A stretch of DNA of 33,978 bases. It comes from a virus. Of the stretch, positions 9,506 to 17,974 are shown in pieces; within the stretch, counting starts at the first letter, position 1; the number at the start of each line of letters is the position of its first letter. Location: the IMG/VR virus record IMGVR_UViG_3300029868_000015; one strand, 5' to 3'. The notes beneath the pieces were generated by a model that was not told the DNA's origin, searched no databases, and saw nothing but the letters and a program-made list of their open reading frames with translations. The position numbers and the translations under genes are program-made.

Positions 9506-9918
9506 TGCCTGATATTGCCATAGGATATGACGAGCAAGTTCGGGATTGGGTTTCTAATGAGCTTGGCCTTGAAAAGATAGGCGGCGATATGTTTGCGGCT
9601 ATTGGCATTGCTGAAGACGGTGAGCTAATAGGCGGCGCTGTGTTTCATGATTACCGAGAACACATGATTGAAATGAGCTTTGCGTCAACGTCTCCTACGT
9701 GGTGTTCTAAGAAGATACTAAAGGCTATATTTGATTATCCTTTTAATCAGCTTGGCGTTACTCGGATAAACGCAGTTTGCGCTAAAGGTAATAAGAAGAT
9801 GCGGCTAACAGTTAAACGAATTGGGTTCAAACAAGAAGGCTGCGCCCGCAAAGGGTATGACGGAAAGCAAGACGCTGTATTGTACGGCATGCTAAATAAA
9901 GATTGTAACTGGAATTAG
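9505..9918 (+). CDS. GNAT-fold N-acetyltransferase-like protein (RimJ/RimL-like pattern)
   Basis: 137 aa. The stretch ...LKAIFDYPFNQLGVTRINAVCAKGNKKMRLTVKRIGFKQEGCARKGY...DAVLYGML matches the recalled Acetyltransf_3 core pattern (yaF..lgl.Ri.a.v...N..s.rl.ek.GF..EG..R). Confidence 0.55.
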   Translation: MPDIAIGYDEQVRDWVSNELGLEKIGGDMFAAIGIAEDGELIGGAVFHDYREHMIEMSFASTSPTWCSKKILKAIFDYPFNQLGVTRINAVCAKGNKKMRLTVKRIGFKQEGCARKGYDGKQDAVLYGMLNKDCNWN

Positions 9919-9921
9919 AAA

Positions 9922-11169
9922 ATGGGTAAAAGCTCACCAACACCACCACAAGCGCCGAATCCTATCGCCATTGCAGGCGCGCAGGGTGAAGCTAATATCG
10001 AGTCGGCAATTGCTAGCGCCATACTCAACCAACAGAATGTTGTTGGCCCTGAAGGGACTGTAAGCTTCGCACAGACGGGCGGCCAGAATGTTGGCGGTCA
10101 ATTTGTCCCTTCCTTCACGCGAACCACGCAGCTAACACCTGAAGCACAAGCTCAGTTTGAAGCACAGCAGCAACTTGGCGGCGCTCTTACTGGACTAGCA
10201 CAAGGACAAGTCGGCAGGATTGAAGGCGCATTAGGACAAGGCATTGACACTTCAGGATTGCCGGGCCTCGCTGGTGGCGCTCAAGGTGGCGCTATAACGG
10301 GCGGCATTGATACGTCCGGCTTACAACAAGTTCGTCAAGATTTCGGGCAGCAAGGCCAAGAGCTTGAGCAGGCCACCTTCCAGCGGGGGCTTAACTTACT
10401 ACGTCCGGAACTTGCACGACAGCGTGGCGATGTTGAACGGCTTGTCAGTGAGCGGGGGCTTCCTATAGGCTCTGAAGCCGCACAGAACAGATTATTCTCG
10501 CCGTTTGAAGAACGCAGAAACCAAGCGTTAGAAAACCTTGCTTTAAGCTCTGTAGGCGCAGGCCGTCAAGAACAAGCTAGATTGTTCCAGCAGGGTTCCC
10601 AGCAAAGAGGGCAGCAGTTCGGCGAACAAAGCGCAGGCGCACAGTTTGCAAATCAGGCTCAAAACTTAGGGTTTAATCAGGCTCTAGCAAGTGGACAGGC
10701 AGCAAATGCAGCAAGGGCGCAAGGCTTCCAAGAGCAAGCTTTCCAGCGTTCAATACCAATTAACGACATTGCCGCATTGCTCGGTACGGCTCCAGGTGTG
10801 CAGGCTCCGCAGTTCCAGGCAACGCCAGCCTTCGGTGTACAAGCTCCTGACGTTATCGGGGCTAGTCTAGGAGCTGCTAATATTGCACAGCAGCAGTTTG
10901 CACAACAGCAGCAACAAAGCAGCGGCTTACTTGGTGGTCTATTTAACCTTGGTGGATCTTTAGGATCGGCGGCCATTCTCTCAGATCGCAGGCTAAAAGC
11001 TAACGTTCGCAAGATCGGTAAAACATCTAAGGGCTTCAATCTCTACAGCTACATTAAAAACGGCATTGAAGAGATCGGCGTGATGGCGCAGGAAGTAATG
11101 CAAACCCTACCTGAAGCGGTTGTAATTAAAGACGGCTATTATGCTGTAATTTACAATGAGGTGACATAA
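9922..11169 (+). CDS. Q/G/A-rich virion protein with a C-terminal Peptidase_S74-like (intramolecular chaperone, self-cleaving) domain
   Basis: The C-terminal 62 aa, SDRRLKANVRKIGKTSKGFNLYSYIKNGIEEIGVMAQEVMQTLPEAVVIKDGYYAVIYNEV, fit the S74 pattern (SDxRLK...GxxAQEv..v.PeaV). The N-terminal 350 aa are low-complexity, with GIDTSGL repeated twice. Confidence 0.7.
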   Translation: MGKSSPTPPQAPNPIAIAGAQGEANIESAIASAILNQQNVVGPEGTVSFAQTGGQNVGGQFVPSFTRTTQLTPEAQAQFEAQQQLGGALTGLAQGQVGRIEGALGQGIDTSGLPGLAGGAQGGAITGGIDTSGLQQVRQDFGQQGQELEQATFQRGLNLLRPELARQRGDVERLVSERGLPIGSEAAQNRLFSPFEERRNQALENLALSSVGAGRQEQARLFQQGSQQRGQQFGEQSAGAQFANQAQNLGFNQALASGQAANAARAQGFQEQAFQRSIPINDIAALLGTAPGVQAPQFQATPAFGVQAPDVIGASLGAANIAQQQFAQQQQQSSGLLGGLFNLGGSLGSAAILSDRRLKANVRKIGKTSKGFNLYSYIKNGIEEIGVMAQEVMQTLPEAVVIKDGYYAVIYNEVT

Positions 11170-12338
11170 TGGCTTTTCAAGGCGGTGGGTTAAACCCATT
11201 ACTACAAGCTTTGCAGCAGCGGCAACAAGTACAGGGTGGGCAAGTTCCGCAACCGCCTGTTATCCAAACGGGGCCGGATCGTAGTCAGTTGGTCGCGCAG
11301 TTATTGCAGCAGCAACAAGCGCAGCAGCCTAGAAACATTGGTTCTATTGGCGAAGGTCTAGCTAGATTGGGTTCTAGGCTTGTTGATACAGCAGCAGGCA
11401 AGAGCCGCATTGATAAACAGGTATCAGCGCAGGAGACACAGCAGCAAGCAATAGCTCAAGCCCTTCAGGGTGCGTTCGCTGGTGATGAAGGTGCATTAGG
11501 CCAGGTCGCACAGTTTAACCCGCAGTTAGCGGCGCAATTGAAGGCACAACAGCTAGCGCAAAAGGCCAGGAGTGATGCCGCACAGGCCACACCAGCATCG
11601 CAGGCTGCCTTTAAAGCCCTAACCGCCGGCCTATCAGAAGAAGAAGTAACCGAGGCTCAGAAAATTAGGCTTGGCTTATCCCCTAGAGCTGTAGGCGCTG
11701 CCGCTAAAACCTTCGATATTGGCGGGGTTCCTCACGTATTCGATCCGGTAACGCAGGAAGTAGTGCCTGTAGAAGTCGGGGGTGCTGACATAACATCTAA
11801 AGAGGTTGGAGTATCTAGGGCCGAAATAGCCGAGGCTAAAAAGCGCGGTGAAGGTAAAGGAACGCTTGCAGGAAAGACTATAGATAAAGGGTTTACTGCA
11901 ATCGGGAAAATAAGAGCCAACCTATTTAACATTGATCGGGCTATTGCCGCACTAGACAAAGGCGCTGACACCGGAGCTGTATCTAGGTTCCTACCAAGCG
12001 TAAGGGCTTCGACTGTTGAGCTTAACCAAATACAAAATGAACTAGCTCTTGATGTTGTTGGCGCGACCACCTTTGGTGCGCTAAGTGCTGGGGAACTTGC
12101 GCTAGCGAGAGAAACGGCGCTCCCTACCGGATTATCACCCGCTGCTTTGAAAGAGTTCCTTGTTAACAAGAAGACGGCACAAACAAAGCTATCTAATTAC
12201 TTCCAGCAGCAAATAGAGTTTTTAGAGGATGGCGGAACAGTGGTAGAGTTCTTGCGGCAACAGGGAGGAGGGGCTGAAGCTCCTACAGACCTTTCGCAGC
12301 TTACAGATGAAGAATTATTGAAGAGATTGAACCAGTAA
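11169..12338 (+). CDS. Internal virion / ejection protein (candidate)
   Basis: 389 aa, Q/A-rich, with a TAATG overlap. It sits at the position of the P22 ejection proteins. Confidence 0.4.
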   Translation: MAFQGGGLNPLLQALQQRQQVQGGQVPQPPVIQTGPDRSQLVAQLLQQQQAQQPRNIGSIGEGLARLGSRLVDTAAGKSRIDKQVSAQETQQQAIAQALQGAFAGDEGALGQVAQFNPQLAAQLKAQQLAQKARSDAAQATPASQAAFKALTAGLSEEEVTEAQKIRLGLSPRAVGAAAKTFDIGGVPHVFDPVTQEVVPVEVGGADITSKEVGVSRAEIAEAKKRGEGKGTLAGKTIDKGFTAIGKIRANLFNIDRAIAALDKGADTGAVSRFLPSVRASTVELNQIQNELALDVVGATTFGALSAGELALARETALPTGLSPAALKEFLVNKKTAQTKLSNYFQQQIEFLEDGGTVVEFLRQQGGGAEAPTDLSQLTDEELLKRLNQ

Positions 12339-14149
12339 TGGCAGATCAAAAAGACATACTTGAGGCGCTGCGCCGGGGATTGATAACGGAAGCGGAGGCA
12401 AAGCGAAGGCTTGCAGGCCCGCAACCTGATATTGAAGCGCCCGCCGAAGCATTAACGCAGCCGGGAGAACCTGCGCCACAGCTTCGGCAGCGCAAGGGAG
12501 CTTTTGAAGCTGCGGGCCAAGAGGTCAGAAAGTTTGTAGGTGAAGAATTTGGTCTTGACCCTGAAAACGCTAGAGCTGTAACTAGCTTTCTTCGGAGAGG
12601 CAATTTACCTGCTGGCCTAGATACAATTGCGCAAGCTTTATTAAATACAGGTGTACAAGCTGGTGAACTTATCGGCGGGGCAACTATAGGCGGCGCTAGT
12701 CTATTGGGTGATGTTTTAGGTTCCGTAATACCCGGCGCTACACCGGAACAAGGGCGGCGTGAGGCTCTTGCTTTCACTGAAACAGCGTTTCCCCCTTCCC
12801 GTGCAGCAGCTATCCCAAGAATCGCAGCCCGTACAGCACGAAGAGCGCCAGAGCTAGCACAAGCTAGGCGCGGTCAAGAGATTGTTGAAGCTGGTGAACA
12901 GGCCGGCGTTCCGGTTCTTACTACTGATATTCGCCAGCCACAAACTGCAATTGGTAAGATCGCACGCTCTACCGCTGAAAAGGTTCCTTTCGGTGCAGGC
13001 ACAGGACCAGCAAGGGCAGCACAGCAAGAAGCACGCGTAACTGCAACTGAAGACATTCTTCGGGAGTTTGGAGCAACCGCAGACGCACCGCTAGAAGCTC
13101 GTATAATCGAAGGTCTTTCACAAACACAGAAAGCCAGCCAAGCCAGAGCCGCAACAATACGCACGCAAGCTGTTGATAGCTTAAACCAGTTTGGTGATGT
13201 TCCTACAAAGAGCGCAACCAGCGAAATTGCACAGCAAATTGCACGGGAAGAAGGCCTAGGGACACTAGCAAGGCAAGACCTTTTGCAAAGGCTACGTTCT
13301 GTTGATGGCGCTTTAGGTGGTGACTTTGAACTATTAACCCGTGTTCGTAGTGAGGTTATCAGCGACATAGAACAACTATCCAGAGGCCAGCACTCAGTTT
13401 TAATTCAGCGTGACGCTTCAGCACTGCGGAAAGTCAAAGCGGCAATTGACAAGGACTTGCAGACATTCGCTAAAGCAAACGATCCAGAAGCAGCGGCTAA
13501 GTTCACTAAATCCAATGAGTTGTTTGCAGAAGAGTTTAGTAAGTTCAAGCGCAGCGAATTGCGTAACGTTCTTTCTAGGGGTGAAACCACACCTGAAGTG
13601 GCGGCTCAAGTTCTTAGAGGCGGCAAGACAAGCGAGCTAGAACGTTTAGCTAGTAATGCCGGGCAAGAAGGACGCGCAGCAGCAAGGGCGGCTATTATTC
13701 GGGATGCAGTAAATAAAGCTGGCGGGTTTATTAATTTAAATCCTGACAGAATTACTAACGAGTTCCTGAAGCCAAACACACAGAAAGCTATTAAGGCCTT
13801 CTTTAAAGGTGACGACAGGAAGAGGTTAGACGGCTTTGTTAAGCTCCTTGATGCCACTAGAGAAGCACAAAGGGCTGCAACTACCACACCTACAGGTCAA
13901 CAGTTAATCCCGTTTGCAACAGGCGGTGCGGCCATTGTAGACCCACTATCAACATTTATCGGGGTTGCAGGCATTGGCGGAGCTGGCAGAGCATACGAGA
14001 GCAAAGCCTTTAGAGACTTCTTATTGCGGGCAGCTAATACACCTAAAGACACACGGCAGTTTAACGAGCTAGCGGCAAACTTTGCGGCAGCATTAAACGA
14101 TGCAGTTACAGCAACGCAGCTAGCACAATCAGCAGGGGCGGAACAATGA
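12338..14149 (+). CDS. Internal virion / ejection protein (candidate, largest)
   Basis: 603 aa, A/R/E-rich and helical-looking, with a TAATG overlap. It is the last large gene before the membrane/spanin genes, as with P22 gp16. Confidence 0.4.
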   Translation: MADQKDILEALRRGLITEAEAKRRLAGPQPDIEAPAEALTQPGEPAPQLRQRKGAFEAAGQEVRKFVGEEFGLDPENARAVTSFLRRGNLPAGLDTIAQALLNTGVQAGELIGGATIGGASLLGDVLGSVIPGATPEQGRREALAFTETAFPPSRAAAIPRIAARTARRAPELAQARRGQEIVEAGEQAGVPVLTTDIRQPQTAIGKIARSTAEKVPFGAGTGPARAAQQEARVTATEDILREFGATADAPLEARIIEGLSQTQKASQARAATIRTQAVDSLNQFGDVPTKSATSEIAQQIAREEGLGTLARQDLLQRLRSVDGALGGDFELLTRVRSEVISDIEQLSRGQHSVLIQRDASALRKVKAAIDKDLQTFAKANDPEAAAKFTKSNELFAEEFSKFKRSELRNVLSRGETTPEVAAQVLRGGKTSELERLASNAGQEGRAAARAAIIRDAVNKAGGFINLNPDRITNEFLKPNTQKAIKAFFKGDDRKRLDGFVKLLDATREAQRAATTTPTGQQLIPFATGGAAIVDPLSTFIGVAGIGGAGRAYESKAFRDFLLRAANTPKDTRQFNELAANFAAALNDAVTATQLAQSAGAEQ

Positions 14150-14391
14150 TTATAATAGGCACAATATTCCACATCATCATAGGGCTTGGCTTAAGCTTTA
14201 TATTCTCTCCAGTAGCCATTGCGTTGTTCTTCTGGTTCAAAGAGGTAGGCGAGGCGAAACATAAGGTTAAAGGCTCTATCAAGACCATCAAGAAAAACCT
14301 TGAAATGGTAGCTTATCCGTTCAGGCCTAAAATGTTACCGCAATGGATACTCCCTGGCGTTGGCGCTTACCTGCTGCAATTAGCATTCTAA
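14146..14391 (+). CDS. Small membrane protein (holin candidate)
   Basis: 81 aa with at least two hydrophobic segments (IIIGTIFHIIIGLGLSFIFSPVAIALFFWF, and LPGVGAYLLQLAF at the C-terminus). An ATGA overlap joins it to the upstream gene. Confidence 0.5.
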   Translation: MIIIGTIFHIIIGLGLSFIFSPVAIALFFWFKEVGEAKHKVKGSIKTIKKNLEMVAYPFRPKMLPQWILPGVGAYLLQLAF

Positions 14392-14576
14392 TGGACGATA
14401 AGTATAAAAACTCTCGGCGGTTTGCCGTTGTGTTGTACGGCGTGGTGACTGCTTTAATGATACTCGCTATATACATTATGGGCGAAAAGGCAGCGCCAAT
14501 CCTGACTACAACGCTCCCAACAATGTTATTGCACGCTATGGCCTATTCTCACACGACGAACAAAGGTGATAAATAA
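14391..14576 (+). CDS. Small membrane protein (holin/antiholin candidate)
   Basis: ATG at 14391 in a TAATG overlap (the track start 14343 is upstream and less likely). 61 aa with the TM segment FAVVLYGVVTALMILAIYIM. Confidence 0.5.
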   Translation: MDDKYKNSRRFAVVLYGVVTALMILAIYIMGEKAAPILTTTLPTMLLHAMAYSHTTNKGDK

Positions 14577-15058
14577 TGATGGCCGCCCTTTCATTCATAA
14601 CGTCAATGTTCGGTTCGAGTAAAACCGGCATTATGTTTGTGATCGGTGCAGTTGCGGCTATTGGTTGGGGCATGTACTATATGACCGATAAGGCGTATGA
14701 TGCTTTGTTGGTTGATAGCGCTAAGAAGATCGAACGCGCAGAGCAAAACACGCGAACAGTTGAAGGCGTTTTAAAGGCCACCAACGCGTCACTAGATCAA
14801 TTGAGGCTAGATAGGTTAGAAGACTACAAGCTTAAGATACAGCAGGACGTAGAACGGGCGCAAGACAGGAAAGAACTTGCAGACCTTCAGAACAAGCTGA
14901 ACAGTTATCGGAAGAGGTGGGCGAATGTTGCAAATAAGAAACCTGAGCTTCTTGCTCGTATTATCAACCGTGCTACTCGTAAGCGGGTGCGGGAAATCCA
15001 AGCTGCCACCTGTAGAGCGAATTGTAACCCAGACGAAAATAGTTCAAACGGTTCCTAA
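14576..15058 (+). CDS. i-spanin (Rz-like)
   Basis: N-terminal TM segment (GIMFVIGAVAAIGWGMYYM) followed by a charged coiled-coil region. A lipoprotein gene in another frame overlaps its 3' end. Confidence 0.6.
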   Translation: MMAALSFITSMFGSSKTGIMFVIGAVAAIGWGMYYMTDKAYDALLVDSAKKIERAEQNTRTVEGVLKATNASLDQLRLDRLEDYKLKIQQDVERAQDRKELADLQNKLNSYRKRWANVANKKPELLARIINRATRKRVREIQAATCRANCNPDENSSNGS

Positions 15059-15314
15059 TCCTGGCAATCTACCAGATGAAGTAACGCCGCGAGAGTTTGC
15101 AGAGTTTGAGATTATAACGCAGGCAAATATTCATTCGATCATTGAAAAGGTAGAATCTGGCGAAAGAGCACCCTTGAATCACGTAGCAATCGAATACACA
15201 TACTATCTAGAGCTAGCGGCATGGATGGCAGCAATACAGAAATATATTGACCAAGCCGACCCAATGCTTAAACGTTGGCAAGCTCTCTACCGCGAAAGTT
15301 TAGAGAAGAAGTAG
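14925..15314 (+). CDS. o-spanin (Rz1-like outer-membrane lipoprotein), overlapped architecture
   Basis: Signal peptide with a lipobox (LLVSGC), a proline-containing mature N-terminus and the SD GAGGTG. It overlaps the last 134 nt of the i-spanin gene in a different frame. Confidence 0.6.
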   Translation: MLQIRNLSFLLVLSTVLLVSGCGKSKLPPVERIVTQTKIVQTVPNPGNLPDEVTPREFAEFEIITQANIHSIIEKVESGERAPLNHVAIEYTYYLELAAWMAAIQKYIDQADPMLKRWQALYRESLEKK

Positions 15315-15353
15315 TTTTTGTTCCGAGTATTTACTATAACAAAGGAGTAAGTT

Positions 15354-15449
15354 ATGCTTGACATTACAATGAGCGACCCTGAGGACGATCTGGAAGACGG
15401 CGGCACAGCACCAGGGCCACCAATTGACCCAGATCCGGACGGTGACTAA
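15354..15449 (+). CDS. Tiny acidic ORF (31 aa, MLDITMSDPEDDLEDGGTAPGPPIDPDPDGD)
   Basis: ATG lies 6 nt after the strong SD AAGGAG. Too short for the ORF track, so read by hand. Confidence 0.35.
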   Translation: MLDITMSDPEDDLEDGGTAPGPPIDPDPDGD

Positions 15450-15527
15450 CGTGTCTAGCGACGGAAAAAGGGGCGGCACAGTTCGAAAGCCCCCGAAGAA
15501 ACCAACAAAAAAGAAGACTGTGAAAAA

Positions 15528-16208
15528 ATGACCTTATTCGACATAGCACAATATGCACCTCACGCTTTACTGGTGCTGTGCTGTGTCGGCATGGCTGGGT
15601 TGCCCGGCCCAACGCTCCAAAAGCCTAATACATGGCACATGACCATGATTATCATTGCAGGGTTCAGCGCGTTTAATATGGGTGCAGCCCATGTATACGG
15701 TTACTTCATGGGACAAGAATACGGCGATTCTCTATACAGCGAATACGGTTTAAAGGAGGGGTATAACCTCTGGCAGATGACATTCGCCTATATATATTCG
15801 TTCCTTGCATTCTTGGAATTAGCCACATTTAAGATGGTTCGCAAGTATTCACAGAAGGGTAGAACGTCCATAGCGTTCCTTATGGCGGCGTTTATCTCTG
15901 TCAACCTAGCCACTATAGTTTCCCTTTTAGCTAGAATTACAAAAGTAGATACTATTGAAGTGTTTAGTTTTAATATACTTAGTGCAACTAACAGTATATA
16001 TTCCAACTATGAGCAATCGATATTGTTTTTAAATATACTACAAATACTCGTCTTATTGGGAGCTTGCAGTGGATGGTCAAGAGGTGATGCTAGTAGGAAC
16101 ATACGGGGGTTTGTATCCTTTGTATGTGGTGGCGGTAATTTTGGCGGGCTGCGTCCTATCTTTAATTCAATACGGCATAAAAGGCCTAGTCAAGGAGTGG
16201 CGACGTGA
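15528..16208 (+). CDS. Multi-pass membrane protein (function unknown)
   Basis: 226 aa with several hydrophobic segments. The gene body is visibly more AT-rich than the neighbouring virion genes. The last 46 aa look non-native and overlap the next ORF. Confidence 0.55.
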   Translation: MTLFDIAQYAPHALLVLCCVGMAGLPGPTLQKPNTWHMTMIIIAGFSAFNMGAAHVYGYFMGQEYGDSLYSEYGLKEGYNLWQMTFAYIYSFLAFLELATFKMVRKYSQKGRTSIAFLMAAFISVNLATIVSLLARITKVDTIEVFSFNILSATNSIYSNYEQSILFLNILQILVLLGACSGWSRGDASRNIRGFVSFVCGGGNFGGLRPIFNSIRHKRPSQGVAT

Positions 16209-16257
16209 TAGGGCTGAAGCTAGAGAGCGTATTAATCGGGATCGGGATGACGGGTAG
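16069..16257 (+). CDS. Small single-TM protein with a highly charged C-terminus
   Basis: GTG 16069 follows the SD GGGAG. Contains the TM segment LYPLYVVAVILAGCVLSLI and then KEWRRDRAEARERINRDRDDG. It is embedded in another frame of 15528..16208. Confidence 0.45.
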   Translation: MDGQEVMLVGTYGGLYPLYVVAVILAGCVLSLIQYGIKGLVKEWRRDRAEARERINRDRDDG

Positions 16258-16456
16258 CTTATTTTCGGCTCTACTTGCAGACCTTAACGAAAACGCCGCA
16301 GCATACGGGTTAATAATTTCATTATGCATAGGGTTGATTGGTGTTATAATCCACGCCATACGAGGTGAAATCAACACAAGAGTAACAAAGAGAAACGCCC
16401 TGCTTACCAGAAAAGAACAGGCTCGGCACAATAGGGCGATTGAAGAAGCTAATTAG
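16247..16456 (+). CDS. Small membrane protein with a charged C-terminus
   Basis: Starts at ATG 16247 (alternative GTG 16205). Contains the TM segment YGLIISLCIGLIGVIIHAI and then a basic tail. It is the last gene of the rightward block. Confidence 0.5.
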   Translation: MTGSLFSALLADLNENAAAYGLIISLCIGLIGVIIHAIRGEINTRVTKRNALLTRKEQARHNRAIEEAN

Positions 16457-16769
16457 ATTCCTCCCAGGCATTCACAGCCCACGCCACCAAATCAATATCA
16501 TACATCTTCCTGAAGGCCTCTTCACCTCCGAGTAAATGCACGCCGTAACGACCCATATGGTGTTCAATATGACAAAGAGGAACCACAAACCTGTGATCCC
16601 TCCTTCTAGCTTTACCCTTCATATGCATAATATGGTGTGGAACAGCCTCCCTACCGCACACTAGGCATCCATAAGACAAAACCCGGTCAATGTGTGCCTG
16701 CTCTACCTTGTTGGGGTCTGCTGCCCCTTTAGGCTTAATGCGTTTGTGTTTGGGAGCTTTTGGCCGCAT
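16449..16769 (-). CDS. HNH-type nuclease, DUF968 / phage P1 Ref-like (candidate)
   Basis: Internal ATG 16769 follows the SD AAGGAG (the track start 17027 overlaps the upstream gene). The sequence CLVCGREAVPHHIMHMKGKARRRDHRFVVPLCHIEHHMGRYGVH fits the recalled pattern CxxC...HH...PLC..HH. Confidence 0.55.
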   Translation of the reverse strand: MRPKAPKHKRIKPKGAADPNKVEQAHIDRVLSYGCLVCGREAVPHHIMHMKGKARRRDHRFVVPLCHIEHHMGRYGVHLLGGEEAFRKMYDIDLVAWAVNAWEESN

Positions 16770-16776
16770 AGTCTTT

Positions 16777-17079
16777 CTAACTCCTTGCAATACTGCCCTC
16801 AAGATCCAGACCTTCAGCTTTTGATAGAGCGGCTTCAGTGTGAATATGTGAAGACCTGTATTGGCGTTTGTGGTTCCACTTTGCCAGCCTAAGGAATATA
16901 CCTGTTGTCTTCTCAATTCGTGCGAGTAAACAAGCGGTGACTTCCTTTTCACGCTTGGCAGTCTTAGCGCCCCATTCCTTGTCTCGTTCGGTTTGTGCGT
17001 GCTGTACAGCCTTAAGTGTGCGGTCAAACTCGCCGTCTTTTGTATATCCGCCCAGCAGTTTAATTAAAAAGTCTCTCAT
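16777..17079 (-). CDS. Hypothetical protein (100 aa)
   Basis: ORF preceded by a 38-nt gap. No motif recognised. Confidence 0.5.
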   Translation of the reverse strand: MRDFLIKLLGGYTKDGEFDRTLKAVQHAQTERDKEWGAKTAKREKEVTACLLARIEKTTGIFLRLAKWNHKRQYRSSHIHTEAALSKAEGLDLEGSIARS

Positions 17080-17117
17080 CGTCTCGCCTCTCTCTAGTTA
17101 ACTTAAATCTGGTTAAT

Positions 17118-17450
17118 TTATTTCACAATGTGAACAGTTACCCCGTAGTGCGCCTTTACCAGTGCGCGCTTTAGCTTTGATGTTGAGGTATCCATTCCCT
17201 TGAAGTCTTCTATAATCTCTCCCCTTTCCTTATCCATGTATTTGAAATCAGCTTTATATACAGCTTGTCTGCCACTTTCGTATTTAACCGGGACATCGCC
17301 ACAATAGAGCTTAAATGATGGCTGTAGCTCCAGGTTACTAATAACTCCGCCACGCTCTAATAGCTTTAGCTCCCGATACCTGCGGCCCTCGCCTCTACTT
17401 GCAAACCTAATGCCGTCAATGGTTATAGGCTTTGCGCCGTACTTATTCAT
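17118..17450 (-). CDS. DUF1064-like protein (putative nuclease / resolvase-like)
   Basis: MNKYGAKPITIDGIRFASRGEGRRYRELKLLERGG...YKADFKY...IEDFKG matches the recalled DUF1064 pattern. ATG 17450 follows the SD-like GAGAG, so the track start 17462 is less likely. Confidence 0.6.
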   Translation of the reverse strand: MNKYGAKPITIDGIRFASRGEGRRYRELKLLERGGVISNLELQPSFKLYCGDVPVKYESGRQAVYKADFKYMDKERGEIIEDFKGMDTSTSKLKRALVKAHYGVTVHIVK

Positions 17451-17451
17451 T

Positions 17452-17646
17452 CTAGCTCTCATCTTTTGGGGGTTTGTTGGCTAAATAGAACTCGGCGATT
17501 GCGTTGTAGAGCGCATTGCCAGTCTTGTCTCGATAACCACCATCAAAGCTCACCCCAAAACATTCAGTCAGAGAGTCAAATAACTCGTGACAACACTGCT
17601 CAATGTATTCGCTTTCCGGTCCTGTCAATTTATCCCTAGCTTCCAT
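17452..17646 (-). CDS. Hypothetical protein (64 aa)
   Basis: ATG 17646 follows the SD AAGGAT and overlaps the upstream gene by 11 nt. The C-terminus is ...LANKPPKDES. Confidence 0.5.
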   Translation of the reverse strand: MEARDKLTGPESEYIEQCCHELFDSLTECFGVSFDGGYRDKTGNALYNAIAEFYLANKPPKDES

Positions 17647-17974
17647 TGTCTGTATCCTTCGGGCGTTTGTTGTCAAAACTAGGGAAAAAATTAGCAGGAT
17701 CGGCATAGTAAGCGTGACTGCACATAATCACGTTTCTAAAACCATCGTCGCCGGTGAACATTGCCAGTATTGGATGAAAGCCACCATCAACCAAAATAAG
17801 CCACGGATTACCACTAGGCGCGTATTCGCTCTTAGGCCATGTCTTAACGTCCTCAGGGTCAAGCGTATCCCAAGCCGCATCAATACCAGCGCGCAGCATC
17901 GGCGCGGCTATGGGGGAAACGAATTCCTTTGCGGCTTCATCCTCGGCGGCAAGTTTCATTTTTTCGCTAATCAT
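17636..17974 (-). CDS. Hypothetical protein (112 aa)
   Basis: ATGA overlap with the upstream gene. The C-terminus is ...FDNKRPKDTDNGS. Confidence 0.55.
   Translation of the reverse strand: MISEKMKLAAEDEAAKEFVSPIAAPMLRAGIDAAWDTLDPEDVKTWPKSEYAPSGNPWLILVDGGFHPILAMFTGDDGFRNVIMCSHAYYADPANFFPSFDNKRPKDTDNGS

Noticed and set aside
12338-14149. Tape measure protein, implying a siphovirus-type tail.
   Set aside because: There is no tail tube gene and no frameshifted chaperone pair or baseplate genes. The gene order matches P22-type podovirus ejection proteins instead.
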